64,000 bases of DNA, from the NCBI GenBank assembly GCA_002269645.1, contig NIVC01000428.1, positions 237,638 to 301,637 of the forward strand, in the 5' to 3' direction. The notes under the pieces are model-generated. The model ran no database searches. It was not told the origin of the DNA and saw only the letters and a program-made list of their open reading frames with translations. Numbering within the stretch: the stretch's first letter is position 1; the number at the start of each line of letters is the position of its first letter. Below, piece by piece: positions 45,986 through 58,387 of this stretch. The DNA comes from Macrostomum lignano. Taxonomy: Eukaryota. A program made the translations under genes and the position numbers.

Positions 45986-48900
45986 GGACTTTTGCTCTGG
46001 CTTTTACCACATATCTGCCAAAGAAGAAACTATTTGAATGCTAGCATAGCATGCTACAGAGAGGCAATTTTTCATTGAGCATGTTGCCACCAAAAGAATA
46101 GCCAATAGCTTCCAAGCTGCAAAAAAATAACTATGCCAGAAGAGCCTGAGGGCAATTGCCAGGATTAACCCAAATCAACTTGCCTCTATCTCTTTGCTGA
46201 GGCTGGAGGATTATCTCAACCTAGAGTTGAGTGGCTTTAGAAATGCATAGCTAAGCAGCTTCACTGATTTAGAACTGCCAAAAATGACATCTTTTTGACT
46301 CTACCACCTAAGGCACTACGTAATGGAGGAGTTAGCCATGGTTGAAATTAAAGCATGATAGGCAAGTCTTTTTTATTGGCATAGCAGACAACATGGCCAG
46401 GAAGCTAAGCAGCTTTGAGGAAATATTCTAATATCTATCCTCCTTCATGCAAGGATACATGGCATCCTTGTCTTCCTTGCTACTCACTCCAAGGCATTTC
46501 CTACAAAAAGCCCCTGGTTGAGAGTGCCCTGCAGCGCTTCAGAGCTGCTTCTATCCCTGAGCAACTAGTAGATCATCCTTTTGCTGCATCAGAAGATAGC
46601 AATAACAGCAAATCAAGTAATTTCTATACATATCTGAAATATCTAGATGTTATATATGTAGGCTTGATGACAATACAGAAGCTTCTTAGGAGCAGGCTGC
46701 TGACAATGCTTGATGAGAATGTCATTGAAGGTCAAAATTTCAAGGCAGTGCTTATAAGAATACCTGAAAATTAAGGTATTATACATGGCTGCAGTAGCAA
46801 GGTATCCTAGGGATTAGAGACTAGGAGATTTAAAAATCTTGGTGATTTAAGGCAAGGTTAGAATGCTAAAGCAGAGCTTTTAAAAAGAATCATAGCAAGA
46901 AGTATCAATTAAATTGTTCAATTAAGTGCAATATGTAATCTAGAATGAAATTGACACTAAGTAAAAAAGGTTAATCTATTATTAGTGTGTATAGTATCTA
47001 TTGAAAGTAGAACTAGTATGTCTATTTTGGGATTATAGAATAGTTTTTATAGAGTTCCTTGATGAAAGCTCATGCAGGCCATGTTGCACATAGAGAGAAA
47101 GTTGGTTATCACTTTGGGTATATTAGGTAAATCATGCTTTTAAACTTGCCACTTAAAATATTGAAACATTTGAGTTTTGTATTTCAGATGACAAGTAAAG
47201 ATGGTGGCTGCATTTTCAAGTGAACTTTTCAAGTTTTGCAGATTTAGCTATGCTGCAAATTTTTGCAATATACTGTACAGTTATCAGCAGTAAGTAATAC
47301 AACTTGACTGCACCACCTTAAATTGATTGACTGCTTACCTTCAGGGTGCAATGATAAAATATAAATATCAGAACATGCACTTTAGAATCTAGTACTACAC
47401 AAGACACAAGGAATAAGGCTGTAGCATACAAGAGACATTGAAACTACAATTGTCTACTAAAAAAGCAAAAATTCAATAATTTGCTCAAGATTGCTTGAGA
47501 ATCAAATAGCTAATTCAGAGCAGAGCAGTGCCTCATTTGTGTCCCCTATATTTACTATTGCACTGTTATATGTTTGTTATTTGTTGCACATTTATTTAAG
47601 TTGCTGCACCTTTTGTATACTGAAACTCTCTAACAGCTGTTTCAAAAGCATGTATACTATAAACCTAGCTCACTTCATATATACTAGTAACTAATGACAT
47701 ACAAAGTCTAATGTTAGCATTTGCAATCACATATGTTGCTGCATTTTATTGTAGCAGCATTTTCTAGTAATTATATTTATAGGGAAATTTAATCAAATAG
47801 GAATCTTACCTACAAGTGATTTTCAGCTTTATTAGTAAATGAATAGAGGGAGGTGAATAAAGGTAAAGAAGTGCCAAGTGAAATTTAAATTAATATACCA
47901 TTCATATGTTTTATTGCTATGTTTATCACTATATAATGCATGGCAACTAAAATATAAATATACTAATATATAAATATGCATTGAAAAAAGCAATATTTTA
48001 CCTTATTATTTAGAGCCTACATGGAGACTTGGGATTATTTCCATAGTATTAAATGGTACTTGCATATGCATATACTACTGGGTTTTCAATAATCTAAAAG
48101 TAACTAATAATGAGTCATAACCTACTTACCTAAGACTTATAAAGTAGATACTAGCTATTATCTTGGCTTCTATAATTATTCTTAAATACTAATTAGAATT
48201 AAATGAAATAAACCTATTTTTAAACAATATTATATTATATTAAAAAAATCTATTTCTAAGTGCCAGGTACTTATAGAGGCAATGTTCATTTTTTCTTCTA
48301 TATCCTAGATATCACTTGTTTCTAAAAAAATGTTGCCTATTAGGAAACTTGATTATATAGCAAGCACTTCTACTAACTTCTCTAGCTAAAATACCTAAAA
48401 ATTTCAAGAGAACTTCATAAATCAACATTATAGGCCAATTAACATTAGGAACCCAGTGTTTACTAGGGAAAATAATGCACAATTAATGTATCAAATAATG
48501 TGTCAAAATAAAGATCAAATTCAATGGAACAATAATCATATTTGTGCAAGCGCTTAATGCTACTAATAGTAATAATAATAGTTTTTGTAAATAAATTTGT
48601 CAATAATAATTTCGAGTTTTATCACTCAAGAATAGTATTCACATATTATTTGTTTTAATCTTCTAACGTTTAATAATAATATTCATGTAAAAATTGTATG
48701 TATTTTTAAACCGAAAACTAATTTTAGCCCTATTTGTTTTAATACTGCATATATCAAAATTAATATTGATCAAGTCTCAAAATAGTATAAATAGACGGGA
48801 TCTGGCCAGAGAGCCACCAACTGGCTAATTGCCTGTTCCTAAGTTGGTCTCAAGTCTCGCTACTTGTTGAGCTTTAAACTGTTACTTAGAAATCTTTTCA

Positions 48901-49596
48901 AGACTTAGTAAATTTTTGATTCGAAGAGTAAAGTGGAAGTAAATCATACCACAGATACTACTGATACGCAGAATACCAAGGAGATCGAAGTGAAACAAAG
49001 TAGATCTCGGGAATACATATACAGTATTGAAAAGGCTGTGACCCTCTAATCTCGGTAACGCCCAAGGACTTGCAAAGTACATAAAATATATATACCAGTA
49101 AGCCAAAATACCGCTCAGGCCATTATTAAGTAGAACGCTACCAGTATACTAGAACGCTACCAGAATAATCAGAAGAGTAAAATCTTTCAGGGTTAATAGT
49201 TTTTCTAAGAATAATACTCAGATTAATACTCAGACTAATACTCAGACTAAATACTCAGACTAAATACTCAGACCTATTCTAAGAAACATTTCTCAGATTA
49301 TTCTAATATTGATAAACTCATAATTTATTAATCGAATAATCTTGGTGGCAGCTACCAACCTAAGAAGAACACTTAAGAGATTAGTAAATTAGCCCTGTGA
49401 CAGCTTTTGGTGACAGTGTGAAATTATTATTAGAGACAGAAGTAACCCCTAGGACAACTTTGGTGGCAGCGTAAAGGATTAGAGAAACGGCCAGAATTTC
49501 AGAATCAAACAGATTAGAGAAACGGCGCGATTTAGATCAGAGAAACGGCAAAACATTAGAAGACTAGAGAAATAGCAGAACCTGACAAGAAGAGAG

Positions 49597-50189
49597 ATGG
49601 CTAATGCCAACGACGCAATTGCTAGGTTAGCTGAGGAGCTGTCAAAGAAGCTAGGATTAGGAATGGAGAAGCAAGTAGAGATTGAGAAGTACACACCTGA
49701 CAAAAATATCAGACAGTGGATCAATGCATTCGAGCAGCAATGCAGGATGCAAGGACTGAATGGAGAAAAACGAAAAGTAGCTCTTTTCGCCAATCTGGAT
49801 ATCCAGAAGAATTGAAGCGGAGGATGAGCCATAGACAAGACCAGCAGCACTATCAAGACATTAGGCGACAAGTTATTGAGCAGTTCGAAAGGAAGCAGCA
49901 GAAGCAGGAGGAGAATGGAGTCCAAGCCCTAGTCGAGTGCTTGATGACCCTAACGGCCATTCTGACAAATGTGAACTTAGGGCTAAACCCAAAGCAGCAG
50001 CAGCAGCAGTACAAATATCAGATGACGCCAAAGCCGCGCCCGCCGCACAGATTCAGTGGCGCCAGACCAGAACCAAAGCCCGGCCACTGCTTTTTCTGTG
50101 GTCAGCCAGGATCAATCAGGCCACAGGCAGGTCATAAATGCAGAGTAAACTTGGGAGAAGCCAGACAGCGAGCTCAGGAGAATGGATAA
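49597..50189 (+). pseudogene. Broken gag remnant
   Basis: IEKYTPDKNIRQWINAFEQQC capsid-like start; frameshift or deletion near 49810; broken zinc knuckle CFFCGQPG. Confidence 0.7.
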
Positions 50190-52231
50190 TGGTAATTTTC
50201 TGTAAGCACGATTCGATTAAGCTAAGAAAATTGTACATAATATTCATAAAAAATATAAAAATTTATAAAAAGCTTCGAAAAAGAAAATAAAAATGTTAAA
50301 CATAGAACCGTACAATATACATAATGCACATAATTGCCTAATGGAGCCCCAAAAGGGCCGTTTTAGCAAAATACCACTTATGTAAATCGCTAGCTCATTA
50401 AAATGTTTGACATACATGATTATTATAGTACTGTATTATGTAAATACGTCACTATTGCACAAAATTGCTTGAAGTAAATAGCTCAGGAAGGTTCTCTTAA
50501 CAAATACTGTATAGAAGCCTCAGAAGGGCCGTTTTACCGAAGTTTTCGAGTAGACTCTTAGCATATATGAAATAACTAGAATTAGCACTGTGTAACTGTG
50601 TAAATATTCTCTATGCAAATAGCACACTAAATTACGCAAAATTAAGTCTCCAGAAGAGCCATAAAGAATTAGGTGACCCCGAAAAGGGCCGTTTTGACAA
50701 AGAAAATTCAGAAAATCAACAAAAACAGGTTTAATTCGGTTAGTTAGGCTGCTCAGAAAGTAAGATAGGAAGTCTACAATAAGAGTCGGAGTAGTGAGAA
50801 GCTCTGTGAAGAAGAAATAATTAAAGAATTAATGTAATAAACTCTGACAATAGGCAGTAGAGAGAAGAGAATACAGGACGCTGAGAAGTTGAATTGAAGA
50901 AGAAGACGAGAATTTGAGAGGAATCGAGAATTAGAGAAGAAAAGGTGTGCTAAAAGCAAGAGGTAGACTAAAGACTTTTTGTCGCCATCGAGTGACGTAG
51001 TCTAGCCGCACCCTCAAGCGCTAATAGACACCAAGTAGAAGAGAATCAAGAGTAGTCGAGAAGCGAATTTGAAGAAGTGAATTCAAGAGAAGAATTCGAA
51101 GAAAAATCAAGAAGAAGTACATAAGCAAAGTCAAAGAAGTGAACCAGAAGAATTGAGAGTTTGATAAAGCGAGGAGAAAAATTGTGAGAAAAAGCCAAGA
51201 AAAATCCGATCAGCTATCTCATGGTGTCCCTCTTTAGATCAGATATCATTGCTGTCTAAATGGATGCGATAGTCTGTGAAGAACAAAAATAAGAGAGATG
51301 AGAAAAAAAGAAGAATTTGTCAGAGAAAAATTTAATTAAGAAAGAAGGAAAACTTTTCGATCCCGCTTAGAAAGGCTCGGCACAGCCATTTTAAAGCCCT
51401 TTCTCAAGGATCCTGAAAATTGGAAAAGAGAAATATGAGAGATGGAATACTGGAAGGAGTGCTCACTGTTCTTTTGGAGGAAGCAAGGTAGTCCAATAAC
51501 AGCCAATTTTAGCCCATTCCTGAGGACATAGCAATTTCGGAAAGTAAAGGCTTGAAACCAAACTAATCCAATAATTACATAACTTACTAACTAGAGAATG
51601 AGATAGAACCAACCGAAGAAGAATTTGAGCATGAAGATGAGTCAACAGATAGTGAGAAGACTGAGCCAGCCGAAACAGATGACGCATTAGAATTAGATAG
51701 GAGAGAAAGAAATGAAGACGAAAGGATTGAGCATAGGTCGCATTATAATTTGAGACCAAGAAGTGAGAGAATTGTCACCTCAGGATTCGCCCCCGCAGGC
51801 GATACACCCATTATCTGAAATGATCGAATTTGTATCATACCAAGTATTAAATTGTAAATAGAATTTGCTTAAAATCAGAAAAATTGCTCTGTATATAGAA
51901 ATCTGTTGTAAATAATAAAAATTGACAAAATATAAAAAGTTTAAAAATATAAAAACACAAAAACATTGCGCATTACTAGTAGTAGAAATGAGAGAATTGT
52001 GTGAAGAAATCCGAAGTCAATAAATAATCCTAGCAACGCTTAGCAACGGTGCGCTGCTCTGAACCAATGAGCGAGCCCGTTCGAAATTTGCTAAACCCCC
52101 TCTCGAGCGAACACGAAGATGCGGTCCAGTTTTTCGAATACATTATGAAAACACGAGCCAACCCAAGGAATCATATTAGTTCTCACTGTAAGCTTAAAGA
52201 TTACAAACCATCAAGTCTGACAAGCCCAGCC

Positions 52232-53116
52232 ATGGAAGACGAGAATATCGACGATTTCCTGAAGGCTCTGCTCGACGAAGAGGTGCCGATCTCAACGCCG
52301 CCGCCGCAGGAAGCTTCAGCGGCCGCAGCTTCGTCAGCACCAACAACAGCCTCGTCAGCCGCCTCGTCGTCGGCAACCTCATCAGCGCCAACATCAGCAG
52401 CCCCGCCAGCAGCCCCCGAGGACGAAGCACCGCTCCGACAGCCGACTCGGCCCCGCGCTCTTGGCAGTTCGAACAAGCGGCCTCGAGAACCGTCGCCTGT
52501 CGCTTCAAATGCTCTGCAGTTACGCGTCGATGAGCCCCCGCATCAAAAGCGCGCCGCTGTCATCAGGGCTCAAGCAGCAGCACCCGTACAGCAGTACATG
52601 CCGCAGAACTGCCGAGCAGCCGCCGCAAGCCAGGAGAGGCGCACCGTGCAGCTGCCGACACCATCGACGGTACCGAAGCGAACGGCTCGTGGTCCACGAC
52701 TGAGTGCAGCACCGGCAGCCCCGGCACCAGCTCCGGCAGGATCGACAGTTGCCCAAGAACATCTCGAAAACACTCTGCGAGAGGCGATGCACGCTGTTCT
52801 GCGTCAGCATGGCGAGCAACTCGAGAAAATCGCCCACGCAATCCGCCAGTATCTCATGCGGATTGGCCGTCTTCGATTAGATCAGGCCTTGCCGCAGAGG
52901 TCTCAGGTTTGGACAGCGATCAGGGCTCTGCGAGACCGTCTCGAGCAACGGCAGGCTGTCACGGTACTGCAGTACATCGCCCTCGGCCTCCGCCGTGCCA
53001 TGCCTCCAAGTGACGAGACTGTCCAACATCAGCTGCTCGCAGTTGAAATGCGCTGGCTGTTTGCCCAACTCGGCTGGCCATACTACCGAGAACTGCCTGA
53101 CCCATGCAATTTTTAA
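52232..53116 (+). CDS. Intact 294-aa orphan ORF in the 3' region of the LTR element
   Basis: gccATGg start; GC-rich, stop-free ORF in AT-rich surroundings; acidic N-terminus, Ala/Pro/Ser linker, helical-looking C-terminal ~110 aa. Confidence 0.65.
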   Translation: MEDENIDDFLKALLDEEVPISTPPPQEASAAAASSAPTTASSAASSSATSSAPTSAAPPAAPEDEAPLRQPTRPRALGSSNKRPREPSPVASNALQLRVDEPPHQKRAAVIRAQAAAPVQQYMPQNCRAAAASQERRTVQLPTPSTVPKRTARGPRLSAAPAAPAPAPAGSTVAQEHLENTLREAMHAVLRQHGEQLEKIAHAIRQYLMRIGRLRLDQALPQRSQVWTAIRALRDRLEQRQAVTVLQYIALGLRRAMPPSDETVQHQLLAVEMRWLFAQLGWPYYRELPDPCNF

Positions 53117-55973
53117 GTATGCTTTCTTTTTAACTTTTTCTACTTTTACTACCTGTTTGCTATGCAGCTTTTAGTTTTATATCTTGCTTGTTTGCATTAG
53201 TCTAATAATTTTTCTGATAGCTTCATTTTTATATAGTTTTACATTATGTAAATATTCATTGCCTACATATGCTATATTCTCAATGTTTGCCTTATAACTA
53301 AGCAGCCTTTGTTTGCCTGTATGCTTGTGTTTTTCTAATTGTGCTCTATTAATTGCATTTTTGACTATTTTTCTAAAAAGTTTGTCTGTTTTATTTTTAT
53401 CTTGTGCTACATTTATAGTTTTATATTGCATACGCTAATTTCTTGTATTTGTTTCTATGCTGTTGTGTTCTACATGCTAAATAAATTTTCACTCAAATAT
53501 TCAATATTTTTATTCAAATTTATTTTTTAAGGGTGAGCAGGTTGTGCAAGCGCTTAATGCTACTAATAGTAATAATAATAGTTTTTGTAAATAAATTTGT
53601 CAAAAATAATTTCGAGTTTTATCACTCAAGAATAGTATTCACATATTATTTGTTTTAATCTTCTAACGTTTAATAATAATATTCATGTAAAAATTGTATG
53701 TATTTTTAAACCGAAAACTAATTTTAGCCCTATTTGTTTTAATACTGCATATATCAAAATTAATATTGATCAAGTCTCAAAATAGTATAAATAGACGGGA
53801 TCTGGCCAGAGAGCCACCAACTGGCTAATTGCCTGTTCCTAAGTTGGTCTCAAGTCTCGCTACTTGTTGAGCTTTAAACTGTTACTTAGAAATCTTTTCA
53901 AGACTTAGTAAATTTTTGATTCGAAGAGTAAAGTGGAAGTAAATCATACCACAGATACTACTGATACGCAGAATACCAAGGAGATCGAAGTGAAACAAAG
54001 TAGATCTCGGGAATACATATACAGTATTGAAAAGGCTGTGACCCTCTAATCTCGGTAACGCCCAAGGACTTGCAAAGTACATAAAATATATATACCAGTA
54101 AGCCAAAATACCGCTCAGGCCATTATTAAGTAGAACGCTACCAGTATACTAGAACGCTACCAGAATAATCAGAAGAGTAAAATCTTTCAGGGTTAATAGT
54201 TTTTCTAAGAATAATACTCAGATTAATACTCAGACTAATACTCAGACTAAATACTCAGACTAAATACTCAGACCTATTCTAAGAAACATTTCTCAGATTA
54301 TTCTAATATTGATAAACTCATAATTTATTAATCGAATAATCTTGGTGGCAGCTACCAACCTAAGAAGAACACTTAAGAGATTAGTAAATTAGCCCTGTGA
54401 CAGCTTTTGGTGACAGTGTGAAATTATTATTAGAGACAGAAGTAACCCCTAGGACATATTATATCAGTTACATCAATCATAATTAAATTAAAATTAAGTA
54501 AAAATAATTACAAGTTCACATACCTACCAAGTATTGACTATAGAGCCTTTTTTGCAGAAAACTAAACCCCAAAGCCTTCTGCATTATAGCTGAAAAGCAT
54601 TAGTGGGATATATAATACTTAAAATATAAAAATTAAATTAAGATCTGCATAAAGGTTCTAACCAATTTGCAATATAAAAATATAATTTTATAATATATAA
54701 CCTTACAATAAACTTAAATATATTCATATCAATAGGGGCCTATTTGCAATCTAACAATTAAATAGAAAATTCTAGGCATTGCATTGATTAGGGCTAGGCA
54801 ATAGGCATATAAAAACTTTGTAGGCCCAACAAGTAAATAAATTTAATTTAATTTGATACTTAAAATTTGTCAGTCGAAAATTATAAAGAAAATTGATTTA
54901 AAGGAAACTTAAATATTAGAGGCCTATAAAGGCCCCTAATTTGATGGAAAGCAATCTTATCCTGCGCTACGAGAAACATTTACGGGCTACTGGGCACGCT
55001 GGCTGGAGAGTGGTGGCCTCCCGGACACCGCGCTTTCAAGGCCCGCGCTCTGCAGGCATTGAAAAAATTAAAAAAGAGCTTCTGAAACGCTACAACAAAT
55101 ACGATAATAATCCCATATGCAAATTATATACCAACGAAGTTAAAGAAGCACATATTGTGAACTTTTGTTTTAAACCTCAAGATATGGTTATTTAATCTAA
55201 ATATACTAAATCCATCCTAATATTGGTTTTGACAATCAATATGAGAAAATGGACAATCAAAATGAAAACAGCCGTAGATCTGCATGCAGCAGCTCAGCTC
55301 AGCTTCGCAGCAGCTGCGGCTTAGGCCATAGACTTTTGACGATCGAAATGAGAATTGTTTGTTTGTCAGTATGTTGCAACTTTTCTCCTAGACTACTGGC
55401 AAGTCAGCGTTGAAACTTATATGGGAAAACTGCAAATTTTATATACTAAAAATGAAAATCTTGCTTCTATGCTTCTAAACTAAACCCATTCGTCTGTCTA
55501 TTTTCCTGCCATAAAGCGTCCCATGAAGGAGTATTTTTGGCCTTACGTTGTGACACGTACAAGAAGTTTCTGGAAATGATGATTCAGAAGTTTCTGTTTT
55601 GTGCTGCCAGCACTAAACGGCGTTTTGTGTACACCGCCAACGCCCTCGGCTTGCGCCCACCCCCCTCCTTCGGGAGGGTTTTTATGCCTGCGGGCTAGCT
55701 GAGTTTGTCTCGCTGCGCGCTTGAATTTTTTTGGAAAATTTTTTTGGACTGCTGAGTCATGTCACACAGCCCTATGACTGTAAAGGAGCTGCGCACCGCC
55801 TTGCGTGCAAGAGGCCTGCACACTGTTGGAAACAAACACCTTGCAAGAGAGACTCTGACAGGTGGAGGCACGAGACTCAGCAGGAGCCCAATCAGCATCG
55901 ATCTCTCTAGACTCATCGGCGATCGTGACAGCAGCGATCATCCAAGGAGGCGGAGCTCAGCGAGATGTCTTCA

Positions 55974-56505
55974 CACATGACCACACGAATTGCGCAAAAT
56001 TACGCGCAGAAATTGGGCAAAATTGCGCAAGAAAGCCCATTTCATTGCAATTCAATTGTGCAATTAAATTGTAAGATGTCGCACTTTCACTTTAAGCGAA
56101 TTGTAAGAAGTTGCAATTTCGCTTTAAGCGAATTGTAAGATGTCGCAATTTCGCTTTACGTGAATTGTAAGACGTCGCAATTTCGCTTTAAGTGAATTGT
56201 AATTTTCTTCTGCAATAAACTTGTAGGAATTGTAATTGCATAAATGTATACTACCCTAATTACACAATTGTACGAGCTAGCACTGTGAGCGCATCGTAAT
56301 TGAGCAAATTGTAATTTTCTTCTGCAATAAAGTTGTAAGAATGCCAATTACAAAAATGTCCTATCACTCTACTGGCACAAGTAGCATTTGAAGCTTATAA
56401 AAATTAAAAAATTGTAATTTTCCGCCAAATGAAATTGCAATTTGAGGCAATTGCCTCAATAAAATTGCAAGGTTCAAATTTTTTCCGCCATTCGGGGGTC
56501 ATGTG
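55974..56505. mobile_element. 532-bp non-autonomous CMC/EnSpm-type element
   Basis: TIR CACATGACC..CGAAT; 2-bp TSD CA; subterminal 32-33-bp repeats. Excision restores the host frame DVF|RQQEG. Confidence 0.8.
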
Positions 56506-58214
56506 CAGACAACAGGAGGGCGACAGGAGGGCGGCAGCAGAGACCCACGGGACTGGCGACCTGGACCGGGAGCTGCTGGAGGCGGAGAAGCAGCTGCGCC
56601 TACTGACGATTCGCCGGGATCAAGCGCGCATGGAGGCTGAGATCCGGCAGCTGGGCGGCCGGGTTGATAAGCCGCCACAACGACCACCGAATGTCGCGGT
56701 ACCCGGTGAGTAATCATACCTTGAGGACTTGGTTTTGGGACCCACAACTGGAGGGCCAAATGAAGTGCAGCAGCCAGGACAGCAGCATCCGGGCACGTAT
56801 CGGGTGCTAGACTTCATCAGCACTCGGAAGCGGCTGCTGTCACTGAACAAATCGAGCCAGGCGGGGAAGCAGTTCACTCTGGACAGTCTGTCTGTTGGTG
56901 ACTGGATTACCGGGAATGCGAATGCGCTGATGCAGATGCTGAAGGACGGCAGGCTTCTTGTTCTCAGAGACGGCGCCATCGACATGTTGGAGTTGCTCGA
57001 GTACCTGAAGCACACAGCCAAGATAAGCGACCTCCTTGACCTCGCGGTTTCGCCCGCGGTCGCGTGTTGCGCTACGACAACGAGTTCAGGGTGCAGCAGG
57101 CGGGTGCCGGCGCCTGGGACAGCTCGGTGACCGCGACCTCGAATTGGTAGCGGCGCCGGGTACCGCGTCAGCAACCTGTCAAGCTCTAAGGATCGGCTAT
57201 TGGTGGATGACCAGTTGAGAAGCATCCTCGGCTGGTGGAAGGTGGCCTTGGGGCAGCAGCGAGGTCGTGAAATTTGGCCCACGGACAGGAGACCGGTTGC
57301 CATAGAGACAGACGCCTGCCTGGTGGGAGCGGCAGCTATTTTGCGTGACCCGGCTGGTTTTGACTGGTGCTACCTGAAGTGGGATTTCGATGCTGGCGGC
57401 GTCTTCAGCGAGTGCTGCATCAACTACAATGAGGCTTCTGCGGTCCTGCTGGCCTTGCTGCGCTGGCGCCTGCGCGATCATCAACAAGGAGTCTTCCAGG
57501 GAGCCCCGGTTGCTGCGGCTGCTGCAAACTGTTGCTCTGCTTTGCCTGAAGCAGAACGTGATGGTTACTGCCCATCATGTGCCTGGCCGGTTCCAGCTGT
57601 TTGCTGACGCAGCTTCTCGTCTGCACTGCCGTCAAGAATTGGTAAATTTTGTGTTGCGAGCCTATGCAACATGTTGTGTCAGCCCGCAAGAGTTTGCCGG
57701 TCATGCGCTCAGCCCTCCCACCGCCGCCTTTCTCCTGGTGCAGGTCGCCTCTCTGGGTCTCTCGACGCCGCCGCCGCCAAGCTTCTCCAGCAGGCCTACG
57801 CCTCATCATCCAAGAAGTCGCTATCGTCCGCCATCCGCTCCTGGCAACGCTTCTGTCTCGAGCGGCGGCTCGACCCGCTCTGCTGCCGGGCGGAGGGCCT
57901 CGCGAATTACGTTGCCCGACTCGTGGATGGCCGGCTCAGCTCCTTCGGCAGCGTCCGCATGCACATCAGTGCTCTCTCCGCCAACTTCCGGCTGGCAGGG
58001 GCGCCAGATCTGACCAAGCATCCGTTGCTGCACCTGGTGCTGCGGGGAGTCAAGCGCGAGCTCGGGGCGGAGCCGAGCCGCAAGCTACTTGTGTCTCCCG
58101 AGATTTTAACAAGGCTGCGTCGCCAAGCTGACTGCTCGAACCCAGCCCAAGCTGCCTGCTGGGCGGCAGTCATATGCACCTGGTGGGGTATGTTTAGGAA
58201 GTCCAGCCTGTTGC

Positions 58215-58387
58215 TGTAGTGTGCGTACGCACAGTATGGTACGCCCGGGCAGTCTGATTGGCTGCGGAGTGGGGTGGGTGCCGCCACCCCCATTCTAACT
58301 CCATAATATATAGACGCGTACCCAGCGCGGCGAGATTTGTAAGAGTTTGGCTACAGAGCAAACACGGCCTCTGACTTAGTTACTACA
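58215..58387. mobile_element. 173-bp solo LTR
   Basis: TGTAGT...ACTACA termini; perfect 5-bp TSD GTTGC. Removal restores the YR reading KSSLL|PVGRAD. Confidence 0.85.

Larger units (their letters stand above)
48543..54456 (+). mobile_element. Non-autonomous Gypsy-type LTR element (5.9 kb, 914-bp LTRs), pol deleted
   Basis: LTRs 48543-49456 and 53543-54456 (TG...CA, near-identical); TSD TATT; tRNA-Leu-type PBS TGGTGGCAGCG at 49461-49471; purine tract AAGGGTGAGCAGG before the 3' LTR. Confidence 0.93.

Noticed and set aside
46415-46774. 119-codon ORF in the CpG-depleted zone
   Set aside because: No ATG start and no recognisable family; probably TE debris.
54941-55195. Possible hAT transposase fragment (ELLKRYNKY)
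   Set aside because: Too short, with no diagnostic motif or TIRs.
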